A DNA stretch of 64,000 nt from Thermoplasmata archaeon (GTDB lineage Archaea; Thermoplasmatota; Thermoplasmata; Lutacidiplasmatales; UBA184). The translations under genes and the position numbers were made by a program. Location of the stretch: positions 21,594 to 85,593 of the forward strand of contig DATJYS010000001.1 in the NCBI GenBank assembly GCA_035499455.1. The letters run 5' to 3'. This document shows, in pieces, positions 10,201 through 18,243 of this stretch. The notes under the pieces were generated by a model. That model was not told the DNA's origin, did no database searches, and worked only from the letters and a program-made list of their open reading frames with translations. How positions within the stretch are numbered: position 1 is the first letter of the stretch; each line of letters starts with the position of its first letter.

Positions 10201-10648
10201 GGTCGTAGGCCGCCGAGGCGTAGAAGTCGTCCGGGCCCATGGTGCCGCGGTTGGTGAACCCGGTCTGATCCGTCCAGTCGGGGATCCCGGGGGCGATGGC
10301 GGGGTGGGTCGGAGCCGAGCCTACCGAGCCCCCGGGGGGGCCGATACGCACCGCGGGTCCCGGAGCGGGGTTCGCGGAACAGGAGAACGCACCGCCAGCC
10401 GGAGCGGAACAGCCCCAGGGATTCCCCCGGGCCGGACCCGCGCCGCGGGAGAGGGATCCGGCAGCGTCCCGGACGAGATCGGTGGAAAGTCCGGCACGAG
10501 CAGGGACGCTGGTGGTAAGGGTGATCGAACTCGGACGTTGGGGGTGTGGGGGACCAGCGGTCGGCCCATGCGAGACACCGCTCGCCAAGACGAGGAGGGT
10601 CAGCCCGACGACGAACGCCGACCGGAGCGCCTCCGAGCGGGGCGGCAC
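7280..10648 (-). CDS. Large surface glycoprotein: signal peptide, Kelch-type beta-propeller, 6 PKD domains, C-terminal TM anchor
   Basis: - Kelch-like blades: VVLYGGC..., AVLLVGG..., MVLFGGF..., VVMLGGWNGTGDRNDTWYF.
- Six W[GNST]FGD PKD cores: RWGFGDGAPDS, TWNFGDTLTSS, AWSFGDGGVGS, LWGFGDHSATS, AWTFGDGGTAS, AWTFGDGSTGT.
- Tail: YAILGALVVVGVVAAALLLKRRRG.
- Many NxT/S sequons.
- Start set at GTG 10648 (VPPRSEALRSAFVVGLTLLVLASG signal peptide). Confidence 0.85.
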   Translation of the reverse strand: MPPRSEALRSAFVVGLTLLVLASGVSHGPTAGPPHPQRPSSITLTTSVPARAGLSTDLVRDAAGSLSRGAGPARGNPWGCSAPAGGAFSCSANPAPGPAVRIGPPGGSVGSAPTHPAIAPGIPDWTDQTGFTNRGTMGPDDFYASAAYDPDLGEVVLYGGCNYVAYIYGYSCLDDQTWVYNGYNWTVLTTAPSSTPAEMAGMGLVWDPQFDAVLLVGGVTQIFTYCGNSTCYENVPHNWTWKFTGTGWTNITSLVGAPGEGVGYASVAYDDALQEAVLVGGCYLGNCTPGFNDYWTLTKAHGWTDAGPAPSVGVGAAWLTQASLVYDRADTEMVLFGGFLWDGGGISNATFTLTAGGWTNVTSTSGFKLCIFVCFTLYPQGRYGASMTWDGQLGRVVMLGGWNGTGDRNDTWYFTNGIWVPSALFASLPSPAISNAAMPSNSSDIAPVLIGGTCDFPLECYNNSWVFEIPPEPVIYQLLQDPAAPNQLNVSGGLEVGSGSGPDLSWAVGDTVTHRIAGSLTDANFTTNETFGGQLSYPVSGTYNLTETVHDYFGVQNSTYQPVALVVPLAVTPSVSPSPTEVGVGVTFNASAIGGTEPYQYRWGFGDGAPDSTAPTPGHTYLSAGVFLAWVNVTDASGNSTNESFPVAVNPDVSVSPAANVSATDLGLPIEFTADPTNGSGAYVHYTWNFGDTLTSSAPAPSHVYTATGSYLVSVNVTDSLGVSAAAETTVTINPSPGVALLSSNATPETGQNVHFTATPSGGTAGFSYAWSFGDGGVGSGATASHVYTATGTFPVTVTLTDAVGETATASTTETVAAAPLIAAPSGTPSPTEVGVAVSFLADASGGSGLLSYLWGFGDHSATSTDSAPTHTYAVAGDYTAWVKVTDGLGVSINESTPVTVEPALTATASASTPATDLGSTIDFVSHPTDGVGAFGYAWTFGDGGTASVADPLYTYAATGTYTVGLVVTDSLGVTATASTSVTVHPLPTGSIGASTLTPTTSTSVQFTATPVDGTGPFSYAWTFGDGSTGTGAAPTHTYSATGRYTVTVTMTDADAKTVVRELNETVSAPPPGSSSGGATPYETYAILGALVVVGVVAAALLLKRRRGAPPPPPTDPGPSPP
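7450..8950 (-). repeat. Tandem array of six ~85-90-codon PKD-domain coding repeats
   Basis: Six successive units each contain YxW.FGD...HxYxxxGxYxVxVxVTD. Boundaries are approximate. Confidence 0.6.
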
Positions 10649-10826
10649 GCTGGGGCGACGAAGGTTGGCTACATCAAGCTTGGGAGCCCGTCGCCCGCGG
10701 TCGCGCTCTCTCGCTCGAACCAGGAAGCGACGTTCGTGCCGGGGAGTACGGGCAGGACCGCTCCGGTAGTCGGACCCGCCGCAACGGCACGCGCCCTTCG
10801 GGATCGCCGGGTCACCGGAGCCGTGA

Positions 10827-11393
10827 CTACGCTGGGCGATCCTCGATCCGTCCGTTCGCGTGGCCCCATCGGATCCAGCTGACGACCGGCGCTTCGACGT
10901 CGATCTGCCAGAGGAGGGCGTTGAGCTCTCCGCGATGTTGGAGCTCCTCCTCGACCAGATGCCAGAGCGCTTCGCGCACAGGTATGCGGCAGTCATGGTC
11001 CTGTCGTCCCCCCTTCGGTCGAACGATCTCGCGGCTGAGGTCTGCGTAGGTCAGTTCCGCCATGACCCGTTGAACCTGGGCCTGGACGTACGTCTCGTCC
11101 TTCCGCACGGCCTCGATGGAGGCCGGTGCGTCGGGGTCCCCCTCCTGGGCCGGGAACGGAAACGTCGCGCAACTCTTCATCCAGAAGAAGAGGGCGCCCT
11201 GGGAGTGCGCGAAGATGTCGAGCAACGAGGGGTACGAAGCGCCGCGGTCTCGCGTCAGCTCGGTCGGGGCGAGCTTGGCGAGCGTCTCGATGTACCCGCG
11301 TCGCGTGTCGGCGAGGTAGGCGAACCACGCACGGAAGGTCTCCACCTCGGACTCCATCTCTCCGCCCGCGCGCCCGAACGTGGCGACCTCCAT
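10827..11393 (-). CDS. DinB-family (four-helix bundle) protein
   Basis: FRAWFAYLADTRRGYIETLAKLAPTELTRDRG...SLLDIFAHSQGALFFW...ALWHLVEEELQHRGELNALL is a typical DinB/YfiT-like pattern with His residues. Confidence 0.7.
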   Translation of the reverse strand: MEVATFGRAGGEMESEVETFRAWFAYLADTRRGYIETLAKLAPTELTRDRGASYPSLLDIFAHSQGALFFWMKSCATFPFPAQEGDPDAPASIEAVRKDETYVQAQVQRVMAELTYADLSREIVRPKGGRQDHDCRIPVREALWHLVEEELQHRGELNALLWQIDVEAPVVSWIRWGHANGRIEDRPA

Positions 11394-11546
11394 AACTCGC
11401 CCTCGATCGGCCCCGCCTACCGCGCCGACGACCCCCCGAAGAGGGGACGCACTCAGGCTCGCGCTTCCCGTCTGGCAGAAACCCTAAACGGATCGTCCCC
11501 TCGGGGTGGCGTGGCGCCGTGGTCCGATGCCCGGGTCTGGGACGCG

Positions 11547-12338
11547 ATGGAGTCCCACCGCTGGTATCCGCCGTCGTCCCGACGGGTCAACGAGGAGAAC
11601 TACGAACTCGCCGTGACGCCCGGCTCGTCGGCCCTGACGTGGATCTACGGTTTTCGCGCACCGGACGCCTCCGAGGCGGAACGCCTTTTGCGCGAGATCC
11701 GCGCGAAGGTCCAGGCGCTGGGAGGGACGGGAGCCCGTATGTGGATCACTCCCAACGCTCAACCCCCGAATCTAGCTGAACTGCTTTCCCGCTTTGAGTT
11801 CGAGCCGAAGGAGTCCGCCGAGGTGCTGGTCTACGACCTGTGGGACGGATCGGGGAACGGGGTGGTGCCGTCGTTCCGACCCGTTCCGGGACTGACGGTT
11901 CGGGAGACCACCAGCCGGGAGGAGTACGACGCGGTACAGAGCGTGACCACGACCGTCTTCGGTCTCCCGGCTCCCCCGGCGGCGGCCCAGGCGGGGTTCC
12001 TGGAACTGTACGAACGGCAGATCCGCGAGACCGGGCACTCGGGCCGGTTCCTCGCGGTGGACGGAGGACGGGCTGCCGGAGCCGGCGGCCTCGCGCTCGA
12101 AGGTCCCGTCGCGTTCCTCTGGGGTACCGGAGTCCTCACCGAGCTTCGCGGCCGGGGAATCTACGGCGCGATGGTGGACGCCCGGTGCCGCTCGGCGATT
12201 GACCAGGGAGCCGAGATCGCTCTCGTGGTCGCTCAGACCGGAACCTCGGGCCCGATCCTCAAGCGGCACGGGTTCCGGGTCGTGGGCCCGATCCGGGCCT
12301 ACGAAGCGCAGTGGACCCCGGGCGTCGCTGCCCCGTAG
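11547..12338 (+). CDS. GNAT-family acetyltransferase (two-lobed, 263 aa)
   Basis: C-terminal VAFLWGTGVLTELRGRGIYGAMVDARC...ILKRHGFRVVG (R-x-x-G-x-G/A acetyl-CoA motif). Real start taken as ATG 11547 (MESHRWY). The upstream part of track ORF 10860..12338 is antisense to DinB. Confidence 0.7.
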   Translation: MESHRWYPPSSRRVNEENYELAVTPGSSALTWIYGFRAPDASEAERLLREIRAKVQALGGTGARMWITPNAQPPNLAELLSRFEFEPKESAEVLVYDLWDGSGNGVVPSFRPVPGLTVRETTSREEYDAVQSVTTTVFGLPAPPAAAQAGFLELYERQIRETGHSGRFLAVDGGRAAGAGGLALEGPVAFLWGTGVLTELRGRGIYGAMVDARCRSAIDQGAEIALVVAQTGTSGPILKRHGFRVVGPIRAYEAQWTPGVAAP

Positions 12339-12610
12339 GAGCCTGTACCCTCGAGCGCTCCGGGTCGGTGCGCCGGATCGCCCCTCGCGCGGTGAGTCGA
12401 CGGCCCGCGGTGCGACCCGTCCGGTCACTCCCGAACGACCGCCGGGTCCGCTCTCGCCCAGAGAATCAGGTCCCGACCTCCCGCGTCGCGGCTGGGGCTC
12501 GCGCCCGCCCAATCGGGACGCGGGAGGAAGTGTCGCGGACTCGAGAGGCTCGGGAATCCTAGCGACCAACCCGGCGGCAGCTCCCCCGCGGTCTCGCATC
12601 GGAGCCCCTG

Positions 12611-12658
12611 AGCCATCCGTTAAACGAAACTACAGAGAATCTAAGTACTCGTTAAATT
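12611..12658 (+). promoter_or_regulatory. AT-rich putative promoter region of the RHH gene
   Basis: gttaaacgaaactacagagaatctaagtactcgttaaatt lies directly upstream of ATG 12659 in otherwise ~70% G+C DNA. Confidence 0.4.
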
Positions 12659-13069
12659 ATGTTAAACGCCGTGCGGAACGCTCGGGCCGATGCTCCCTCG
12701 ACCCGTTTCCTCGGGGTACGCCTCACGACCGAGGAGGACGACCTCCTCGACCAGTTCTGCCGAAAGCACGCGTTCGCGAACCGCTCCGAAGCGGTGCGCG
12801 CGCTCGTCCGCGAGGCTGCGAACGAGCGGCCGCGGGGCGGCGATCTGCCCGCCACGCTGCGCAACGAGCTCGAAGAGCTGGTCGAAGAGGGATACGCCAC
12901 GAATTTCGACGGCGCGCTCGCGCTCGCCGTCCATTCGGGGATCGTGGAGCTGGCCCGGACTCACACCGAGCGCATGCCGGCGTTGCGGAACCACGCGCGC
13001 GCGGCGAGCGAACGGCGCGAGGGCCGTCGACGAGCGGACCGGGAGGGACGGGGGTTCCTCCGGCGTTAA
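12659..13069 (+). CDS. Ribbon-helix-helix (CopG/Arc-type) DNA-binding protein
   Basis: FLGVRLTTEEDDLLDQFCRKHAFANRSEAVRALVREA is a classic RHH beta-alpha-alpha segment. Preceded by the only AT-rich stretch in the area (12611-12658). Confidence 0.6.
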   Translation: MLNAVRNARADAPSTRFLGVRLTTEEDDLLDQFCRKHAFANRSEAVRALVREAANERPRGGDLPATLRNELEELVEEGYATNFDGALALAVHSGIVELARTHTERMPALRNHARAASERREGRRRADREGRGFLRR

Positions 13070-13236
13070 CCCCCGGGACAAGGGATGGCAGCAACCGCAG
13101 GATCGATGAGCATCGCCTGGAGCGAACGAAGCGGCTTCATTTGCCGACTGTGCCGTCAGGACGCGAAGCATAATGAGGTGCTCCACATTTCGTACTGCCC
13201 CGTCCACGGGCTGAGCTCTCCGCTGGATCAGCTCCC

Positions 13237-13812
13237 GTGGCGGCCGGAGGCGAGAGGATCCCGCGTCTCTATACCCGTACGGGCGACCGAGGGACGACCG
13301 GTCTCGCCGGTGGCGTCCGTTTAGACAAGGAGTCGCCGCGGATCCGCGCCTACGGCACGTACGACGAGCTCGGAGCCCAGCTCGGGCTCTCCTGCGCCCT
13401 GCTCCCCGACTCGCTCGGGGAGATCCGCGCGGTCGTTCGTCGGCTGCAGGACGAGGTGTTCGTCGCTCAGGCGCAGCTCGCCGCGGCGCCGGGGGGACCC
13501 GCGCCGAAGCATCGGATCCTCGCCCGCCACACCGAACGCCTCGAGCGGGAGATCGACCGGTTCGACGCCGCGCATCCCGCGATCCGCAGCTTCGTCGTCC
13601 CGGGCGGGTCGGCTCCGGCCGCGGCGTTGCACGTCTGCCGGACCGTCTCGCGACGGGCCGAGCGGCAGCTGCTCGCCCTGCACCGGGAAGAACCCCAGCC
13701 CGACGAGCTTCTCGCGTGGGCGAACCGGCTGAGCGACCTATTGTTCGCGCTCGCCCTCGCCACCAACCACGGGCTCGGGGTCACCGAGACCCCGCCGGAC
13801 TACTCCGCGTAG
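13237..13812 (+). CDS. pduO: ATP:cob(I)alamin adenosyltransferase, PduO type
   Basis: IPRLYTRTGDRGTTGLAGGVRLDKESPRIRAYGTYDELGAQLG matches the PduO/MMAB N-terminal signature. GTG start. Confidence 0.85.
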   Translation: MAAGGERIPRLYTRTGDRGTTGLAGGVRLDKESPRIRAYGTYDELGAQLGLSCALLPDSLGEIRAVVRRLQDEVFVAQAQLAAAPGGPAPKHRILARHTERLEREIDRFDAAHPAIRSFVVPGGSAPAAALHVCRTVSRRAERQLLALHREEPQPDELLAWANRLSDLLFALALATNHGLGVTETPPDYSA

Positions 13813-13828
13813 GGCGGACGGAGGGATC

Positions 13829-15025
13829 GTGGAGGTCGGGGTCGTCGGCAAGCCGAACGTCGGGAAGTCGACGTTCTTCAACGCGCTCACGCTCCTCGAC
13901 GTCCCGATGGCCCCCTACCCGTTCACCACGACCGCCCCGAACCGGGGGATATCGGCGGTCCGCGCCCCGTGCCCGCACGTCGACAAGGGGACCCCCTGCA
14001 CCGCCGGGAACGCTCGGTGCGTCGACGGAACCCGGTGGGTGCCGGTGTCGCTGATCGACGTGCCCGGCCTCGTTCCGGGAGCCCACGAGGGGAAGGGGCT
14101 CGGCCACAAGTTCCTCGACGACCTCCGGCAAGCCGACGGGTTCGTCCAGGTCGTCGATCTGAGCGGCGGGACGGACGCCGAGGGCCAGATCGTGGCCCCC
14201 GGGACGCACGATCCTTCCCGGGAGGTCGCGTGGCTCGAGGAGGAGCTCGTCGCATGGATCGCGGAGGTGCTCGGCCGAGACTTCGTGCGCCACTCGCGCA
14301 GCGTGGAGCTCGAAGGCAAGAAGGTCGAGGAGTTTCTGACCGAGCGCCTGGCCGGCCTCTCGATCCCGACCCCCGCGATCCTGACGGCGCTGCGGAACGC
14401 CCCGGTCGAACGCGACCATCCGTCGCATTGGACGAACGAGCAACGCCTCGGGCTCGCCCGCGAGCTGCTCCGGTCCTCGAAGCCCCGGCTGGTCGCCGCG
14501 AACAAGGCCGACAAGGCGACGCGCGCCCAGGGGCTGGCGCTCACCGAGGCCGTTCGTCCACTCCCCGTCGTCCCGACCGCCGCCGACGCGGAGCTCACGC
14601 TGCGCCGCGCGGCCCGGGCGGGGATGGTGGAGTACCGGCCCGGCGACCCGTCCTTTACGGTCCGGGATCCGGGACGTTTCAACGCGGCGCAGACGGCCGC
14701 GCTCGCCGAGATCCGACGGGTCGTGGAGGCGTGGGGGACGACCGGGGTCCAGGAAGCGCTGGAGTCGACCGTCTTCTCCCGGCTCCACCAGATGGTCGTC
14801 TACCCCGTGGAGGACGAGACGCACTGGACGGACGGACGCGGCCGAGTGCTGCCCGACGCCCTGCTGGTCCCGGCCGGCATCCCCGCCCGCGCCCTCGCCT
14901 ACCGGGTGCACACGGACCTCGGGGAAGGATTCGTCCGGGCGATCGACGGGAGGACCCATCGGGCGCTGGCCGCGGACCACCCGCTGGAGCCGAACGCGGT
15001 GGTTCGGATCGTCTCGAAGAAGTGA
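13829..15025 (+). CDS. YchF/OLA1-like P-loop GTPase with C-terminal TGS domain
   Basis: G1 motif VGVVGKPNVGKSTFFNALT. Then PYPFTTTAPNRG and LIDVPGLVPGAHEGKGLG. TGS-like tail GFVRAIDGRTHRALAADHPLEPNAVVRIV. Confidence 0.85.
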   Translation: MEVGVVGKPNVGKSTFFNALTLLDVPMAPYPFTTTAPNRGISAVRAPCPHVDKGTPCTAGNARCVDGTRWVPVSLIDVPGLVPGAHEGKGLGHKFLDDLRQADGFVQVVDLSGGTDAEGQIVAPGTHDPSREVAWLEEELVAWIAEVLGRDFVRHSRSVELEGKKVEEFLTERLAGLSIPTPAILTALRNAPVERDHPSHWTNEQRLGLARELLRSSKPRLVAANKADKATRAQGLALTEAVRPLPVVPTAADAELTLRRAARAGMVEYRPGDPSFTVRDPGRFNAAQTAALAEIRRVVEAWGTTGVQEALESTVFSRLHQMVVYPVEDETHWTDGRGRVLPDALLVPAGIPARALAYRVHTDLGEGFVRAIDGRTHRALAADHPLEPNAVVRIVSKK

Positions 15026-15038
15026 GCGGTCGGCGGGG

Positions 15039-16025
15039 TCAGCCGCTCGGGGGGCCGTCCACGAGCGCGGCGCCCTCGCTCGACGGACGGACGACGAACG
15101 GCAGTCCCCCGGCCCGGGCGAGGCGCCGCACGAGATCCGCTTCCCGGCCGGGGGTCGGCAGGGCGACGATCGAACCGCCGCCTCCGGCCCCGGTGATCTT
15201 CGCCGCCTCGGCGGACGGCGCGGCGGCCGCGACGAGCGCCTCGAGCCGAGGATGGGAGACCCCGACCCGGACGAGCAGCTCCTGATTGCGGCGCATCAGC
15301 TCGGCGGTGGCCGCCCGGTTCCCCCGGGCGACCGCCGCGATCCCGTCCCGCGCCACGTCGGCGAACTCCGCAAGCAGTCGATCCCCGCCGGCGGCGGCGA
15401 ACCGCTCCCCGACCGCGCGCACGGCGGGACCGGTCGCGCGCGCGATCCCGCTGTGCGCGACGACCCAGAGCCAGCCAGGGTCCTCGACCCGCCGGACCTC
15501 CCACGTCCGTGCGTCGTCCCGCACCGTCCATAGGCGATCGCCCGAGCCGGCGTTCACGGCGATGCAACCGCCCGCGACCGCAGCCGAGGTGTCCCCTGGG
15601 CTACCGACGCCCTGCGCGCCCCGCTCGATGTCGAACGCCCGCTGGGCGAGCGACGGCCGGTCGATCCCCCCGGTAGCCGCCCCGAGCGCCGCGCCGAGGG
15701 CCGCCGCGAACGCGGCCGAGGAGCCGAGCCCGGCCGCCCGCGGGATGCGGGAGACCGTCCGCACGTCCACCGGGGCGCCTCCCCCCCAGGAGCGCGCCAG
15801 CGCTTCCCGAAAGTACGGGTGGTGGGCCACCGCGTCGGGGTCCGCGTTCAGCAGGATCCGTCCGTCCGGCGAGGACCGGACGATCGCCTGCGTCGTGAGG
15901 TCGATCGCTAGCAGGAGCTCGGGCGCGCCGTGGACGACAGCGTGCTCCCCGAAGACGATGCACTTTCCGGGCGCCACCGCCGAGACCGGAAGCGGGCGGG
16001 CCGGGATCGGGGTCAGCCCCTCCAT
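15039..16025 (-). CDS. mvk: Mevalonate kinase
   Basis: APGKCIVFGEHAVVHGAPELLLAID plus the GHMP ATP motif PRAAGLGSSAAFAAALGAALG. Start ATG 16025 (MEGLTPIP). Confidence 0.85.
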   Translation of the reverse strand: MEGLTPIPARPLPVSAVAPGKCIVFGEHAVVHGAPELLLAIDLTTQAIVRSSPDGRILLNADPDAVAHHPYFREALARSWGGGAPVDVRTVSRIPRAAGLGSSAAFAAALGAALGAATGGIDRPSLAQRAFDIERGAQGVGSPGDTSAAVAGGCIAVNAGSGDRLWTVRDDARTWEVRRVEDPGWLWVVAHSGIARATGPAVRAVGERFAAAGGDRLLAEFADVARDGIAAVARGNRAATAELMRRNQELLVRVGVSHPRLEALVAAAAPSAEAAKITGAGGGGSIVALPTPGREADLVRRLARAGGLPFVVRPSSEGAALVDGPPSG

Positions 16026-16534
16026 CGACCGTCCTTCCCCCGGGAGCGAACGCGCTTTCCCCGCGCCGTGGGGACGATCCGGCGTCGTGCCCCCGGAAGC
16101 GGCTCGGGTCCCGGAACCCCTCGGAGCCGGGCGAGCGCGACCGCGAGCGCCGCGACCTCGCTGTGCGGCTGGTGGCCGACCGCGACGTTCAGCGTGGCGA
16201 GGGCGTACAGGTCGGGAGGGACCTTCGCCCCGCCGACCACGAACAGCACGTCCGGTCCCCGACGTAGGCGGGGCAGCACCGTTTCGAGCGGCTCGCCGTA
16301 CATCGTGAGATGGACGACCGGGCCGGCATGGCCCCGGACGACCCGGCGCCAGTCCGGCGCCGGCACGATCTCGAACGCCCCGCCCCACCCGGTCCCCACC
16401 CGCGCGATGCGTTCGGCGAGCGCGGGGTCCGGGGGGTGGAGGTACATCCGCGTCGCGCCAAAGGCGCGGGCGGTCAGGGCGAGATGGGTGGTGAGCCGGG
16501 GGTCCCGTCCGGGCCGATGGCCGACCCGGAGCAC
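16013..16534 (-). CDS. trm56: tRNA (cytidine56-2'-O)-methyltransferase (SPOUT, aTrm56)
   Basis: VLRVGHRPGRDPRLTTHLALTARAFGA...HLTMYGEPL...FVVGGAKVPPDLYALATLNVAVGHQPHSEVAALAVAL. GTG start at 16534. Overlaps mvk by 13 nt. Confidence 0.8.
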   Translation of the reverse strand: MLRVGHRPGRDPRLTTHLALTARAFGATRMYLHPPDPALAERIARVGTGWGGAFEIVPAPDWRRVVRGHAGPVVHLTMYGEPLETVLPRLRRGPDVLFVVGGAKVPPDLYALATLNVAVGHQPHSEVAALAVALARLRGVPGPEPLPGARRRIVPTARGKRVRSRGKDGRWRG

Positions 16535-16553
16535 CGACGGGGCGGAGCGCCGG

Positions 16554-17078
16554 CTACGCTTCGACGTCCGCCTGGAACCGCTCGATCCGATGCCCACGGT
16601 ACTCCAGTTTTTCCGAACGCTTAACGAGCCCCTTCAGGCGGGTCGGGCTCATGCCGAGCTCCTCCGCGATGTCGGAGAAGAACCGGCCGTCCGCGCCGGC
16701 GGCCTCGTAGATCCGCTGCTCGAGCTTCGCGTACTCCTTCGCCCCCATCGTGGCGATCGAGAGGACCTCAGAGATCTCGACCAGCGGGCTCGTCGTGTTG
16801 ATGTTGATCGTGGAGTAGTAGAAGTGGTAGCTCTTGTCGGGCTGCTTGCGCCCCTCCCGCGCGACCCAGCGGGTGTCGATCAGGCGGAGCTTCTCGAAGA
16901 ACGAGAGCGCCTTCACCCCGTCCTTGCCGAACTCGCGCTCGACGTCCTCGAGCGTGAGCCACTCCTCACCGAGCCGCTGCACGAGCTTCAGCTTCACGGG
17001 CGAGTCGACGGCCCGCAGGATCGGCACGAGGTCGCTGACGTCGTTGACGACCTTGATTCGGTGGATCTGGGCTGCCAT
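16554..17078 (-). CDS. Putative winged-helix (ArsR-like) regulator
   Basis: LVPILRAVDSPVKLKLVQRLGEEWLTLEDVEREFG... and a second HTH-like FFSDIAEELGMSPTRLKGLVKRSEKL. Family call is tentative. Confidence 0.45.
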   Translation of the reverse strand: MAAQIHRIKVVNDVSDLVPILRAVDSPVKLKLVQRLGEEWLTLEDVEREFGKDGVKALSFFEKLRLIDTRWVAREGRKQPDKSYHFYYSTININTTSPLVEISEVLSIATMGAKEYAKLEQRIYEAAGADGRFFSDIAEELGMSPTRLKGLVKRSEKLEYRGHRIERFQADVEA

Positions 17079-17084
17079 ACGTGA

Positions 17085-17267
17085 TTACCCCGAGCGCGCC
17101 GGGGGAGCGTCCGTCGCCAGAAGGAGCCGTCGGTACTTCCCGTACCGGTCGCTCGCGTCGAAGCGCGGGGGGTGCGGCGTGCGGGTCGGCGCGGAGCACT
17201 CGGGGCACTGGGTGCGGAAGGTGTACCGGCCGCAGGCACGGCAGACGTGCAACAGCGACTCCGTCAT
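17085..17267 (-). CDS. nop10: H/ACA RNP protein Nop10
   Basis: MTESLLHVCRACGRYTFRTQCPECSAPTRTPHPPRFDASDRYGKYRR. Zinc ribbon plus the PPRFSP-DKY-like tail. Real gene is the end of track ORF 17085..17897. Confidence 0.9.
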   Translation of the reverse strand: MTESLLHVCRACGRYTFRTQCPECSAPTRTPHPPRFDASDRYGKYRRLLLATDAPPARSG

Positions 17268-18040
17268 GCGCGGGCGAAGCTCCCGTCCCCGCCGGCGGCC
17301 CGGATCGACTTGATCGCCGCCTCGGTCGCGCGCTTGAGCGTCTCCTCCGCCTGCTTGTACTGCGGCGCCTGCACGCGGATGCGGTAGCGCGGGGCGCCGA
17401 CGTACTGGACCTCGACCGCCTCCTTGTCCGCCGCCTCGGCCGCCGCGAGCGCGGCGCGGACGTGGTCGACCCCGTCCGGGGCCCGGTCGGAGATCTCGAG
17501 GGTGCCGAGGATCGTCACCTGCGGCGGCTCGATGTTCTCGCGGGCGACCTTCAGGAAGGCGGTCGCCCACGCCGACTTGTCGTTCTCCTTCTGGAACCGC
17601 TTCGGGTCCGCCGAGGCGATCTCGAAGGCGCCGAACAGCGAGGCGTACCGCTCGATGAGGGGCGGGCCGATGAGGTCGAGCGTCTCCTCGGCGGTCTTCC
17701 CGAGCGACGTCGCGACCTGCTCGACGAGCCGCATCGCGCGCTGCTCGTTCTTCCACGCCTGGACCTTCTCGCGGCGCTGGTGGTCGTTGATCCGCTTCAG
17801 GGAGAGGTCGATCTGGTTCTTGGAGGGGTCGACGCGCAGGACTCGGGCGACGATCTTCTGGCCCTCGCGGATGTGGTCCCGGATGTACTTGACCCACCCC
17901 GCGGCGACCTCGGAGAGGTGGATGAACGCCTCCTTCTTCGCGTACTCATCGAGGGTGACGAAGGCGCCGAAGTTCCGGATCGAGGTGACGGTCCCGATGA
18001 CCAGCTCCCCCTCCTCGGGGAGCTCCGCGCGCAGGGCCAT
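17264..18040 (-). CDS. eif2a: Translation initiation factor aIF2 alpha
   Basis: S1 domain LPEEGELVIGTVTSIRNFGAFVTLDEYAKKEAFIHLSEVAAGWVKYIRDHIREGQKIVARVLRVD. ATG 18040, with an alternative GTG at 18058. 4-nt overlap with nop10. Confidence 0.9.
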   Translation of the reverse strand: MALRAELPEEGELVIGTVTSIRNFGAFVTLDEYAKKEAFIHLSEVAAGWVKYIRDHIREGQKIVARVLRVDPSKNQIDLSLKRINDHQRREKVQAWKNEQRAMRLVEQVATSLGKTAEETLDLIGPPLIERYASLFGAFEIASADPKRFQKENDKSAWATAFLKVARENIEPPQVTILGTLEISDRAPDGVDHVRAALAAAEAADKEAVEVQYVGAPRYRIRVQAPQYKQAEETLKRATEAAIKSIRAAGGDGSFARA

Positions 18041-18058
18041 CCGTCCCGCCGGTCCCAC

Positions 18059-18235
18059 CTAGGCGTCCAGCGAGCGGACCCGCTCGGCCCGCAGGTGCGC
18101 CTGGCCGCCGGTCGGCGTGGCGAGGTTCGCGCCGCAGACGCCGCAGTTCACGACGGTGGCCGGTCGGCTGAAGATCGTCTGTTCGGTCGAGCAGTCGGGG
18201 CATTTCACGACCCAGAACGGGGACGGTCCGCGCAT
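18059..18235 (-). CDS. rps27e: Ribosomal protein S27e
   Basis: MRGPSPFWVVKCPDCSTEQTIFSRPATVVNCGVCGANLATPTGGQA (CxxC...CxxC). Confidence 0.9.
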   Translation of the reverse strand: MRGPSPFWVVKCPDCSTEQTIFSRPATVVNCGVCGANLATPTGGQAHLRAERVRSLDA

Positions 18236-18243
18236 CGATCGTC

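Noticed and set aside
7538-10882. 1114-aa ORF on the plus strand
   Set aside because: It is exactly antisense to the Kelch/PKD gene. The translation is Arg/Gly/Asp/Pro low-complexity with no motifs. This is a typical shadow ORF of high-G+C DNA.
12425-12616. 63-aa minus-strand ORF divergent from the RHH gene
   Set aside because: The peptide is P/S/G/R/W-rich and unstructured-looking. Third-position G/C is only moderate (~79%). The ORF spans the strong hairpin, which better explains the sequence.
12339-12658. RNase P RNA or SRP RNA in the 320-nt gap
   Set aside because: I looked on both strands for GGAAAGUCC (CR-I), ACAGAA..GGCUUA (CR-V) and the SRP helix-8 GGUCCGGAAGGAAGCAGC-type motifs. Only loose resemblances were found (GGGAGGAAGUGUCG, ACAGAGAAUCUAAG), so no call is made.
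11547-13069. GNAT + ribbon-helix-helix as a GNAT/RHH toxin-antitoxin pair
   Set aside because: The order is the wrong way round (RHH downstream) and the genes are separated by 320 nt. The GNAT is a 263-aa two-lobed enzyme rather than a ~170-aa TacT/AtaT-type toxin. The RHH protein (136 aa) is not DUF1778-like by eye.
13085-13324. 79-aa ORF with a CxxC-x14-CxxH pattern (FICRLCRQDAKHNEVLHISYCPVHG)
   Set aside because: The Cys/His spacing is tempting. However, the ORF must overlap the pduO coding region by at least 60-88 nt in another frame, and third-position G/C is only moderate. The AT-richer stretch here more likely serves as the pduO promoter. It may be worth a Ribo-seq look but is not called.
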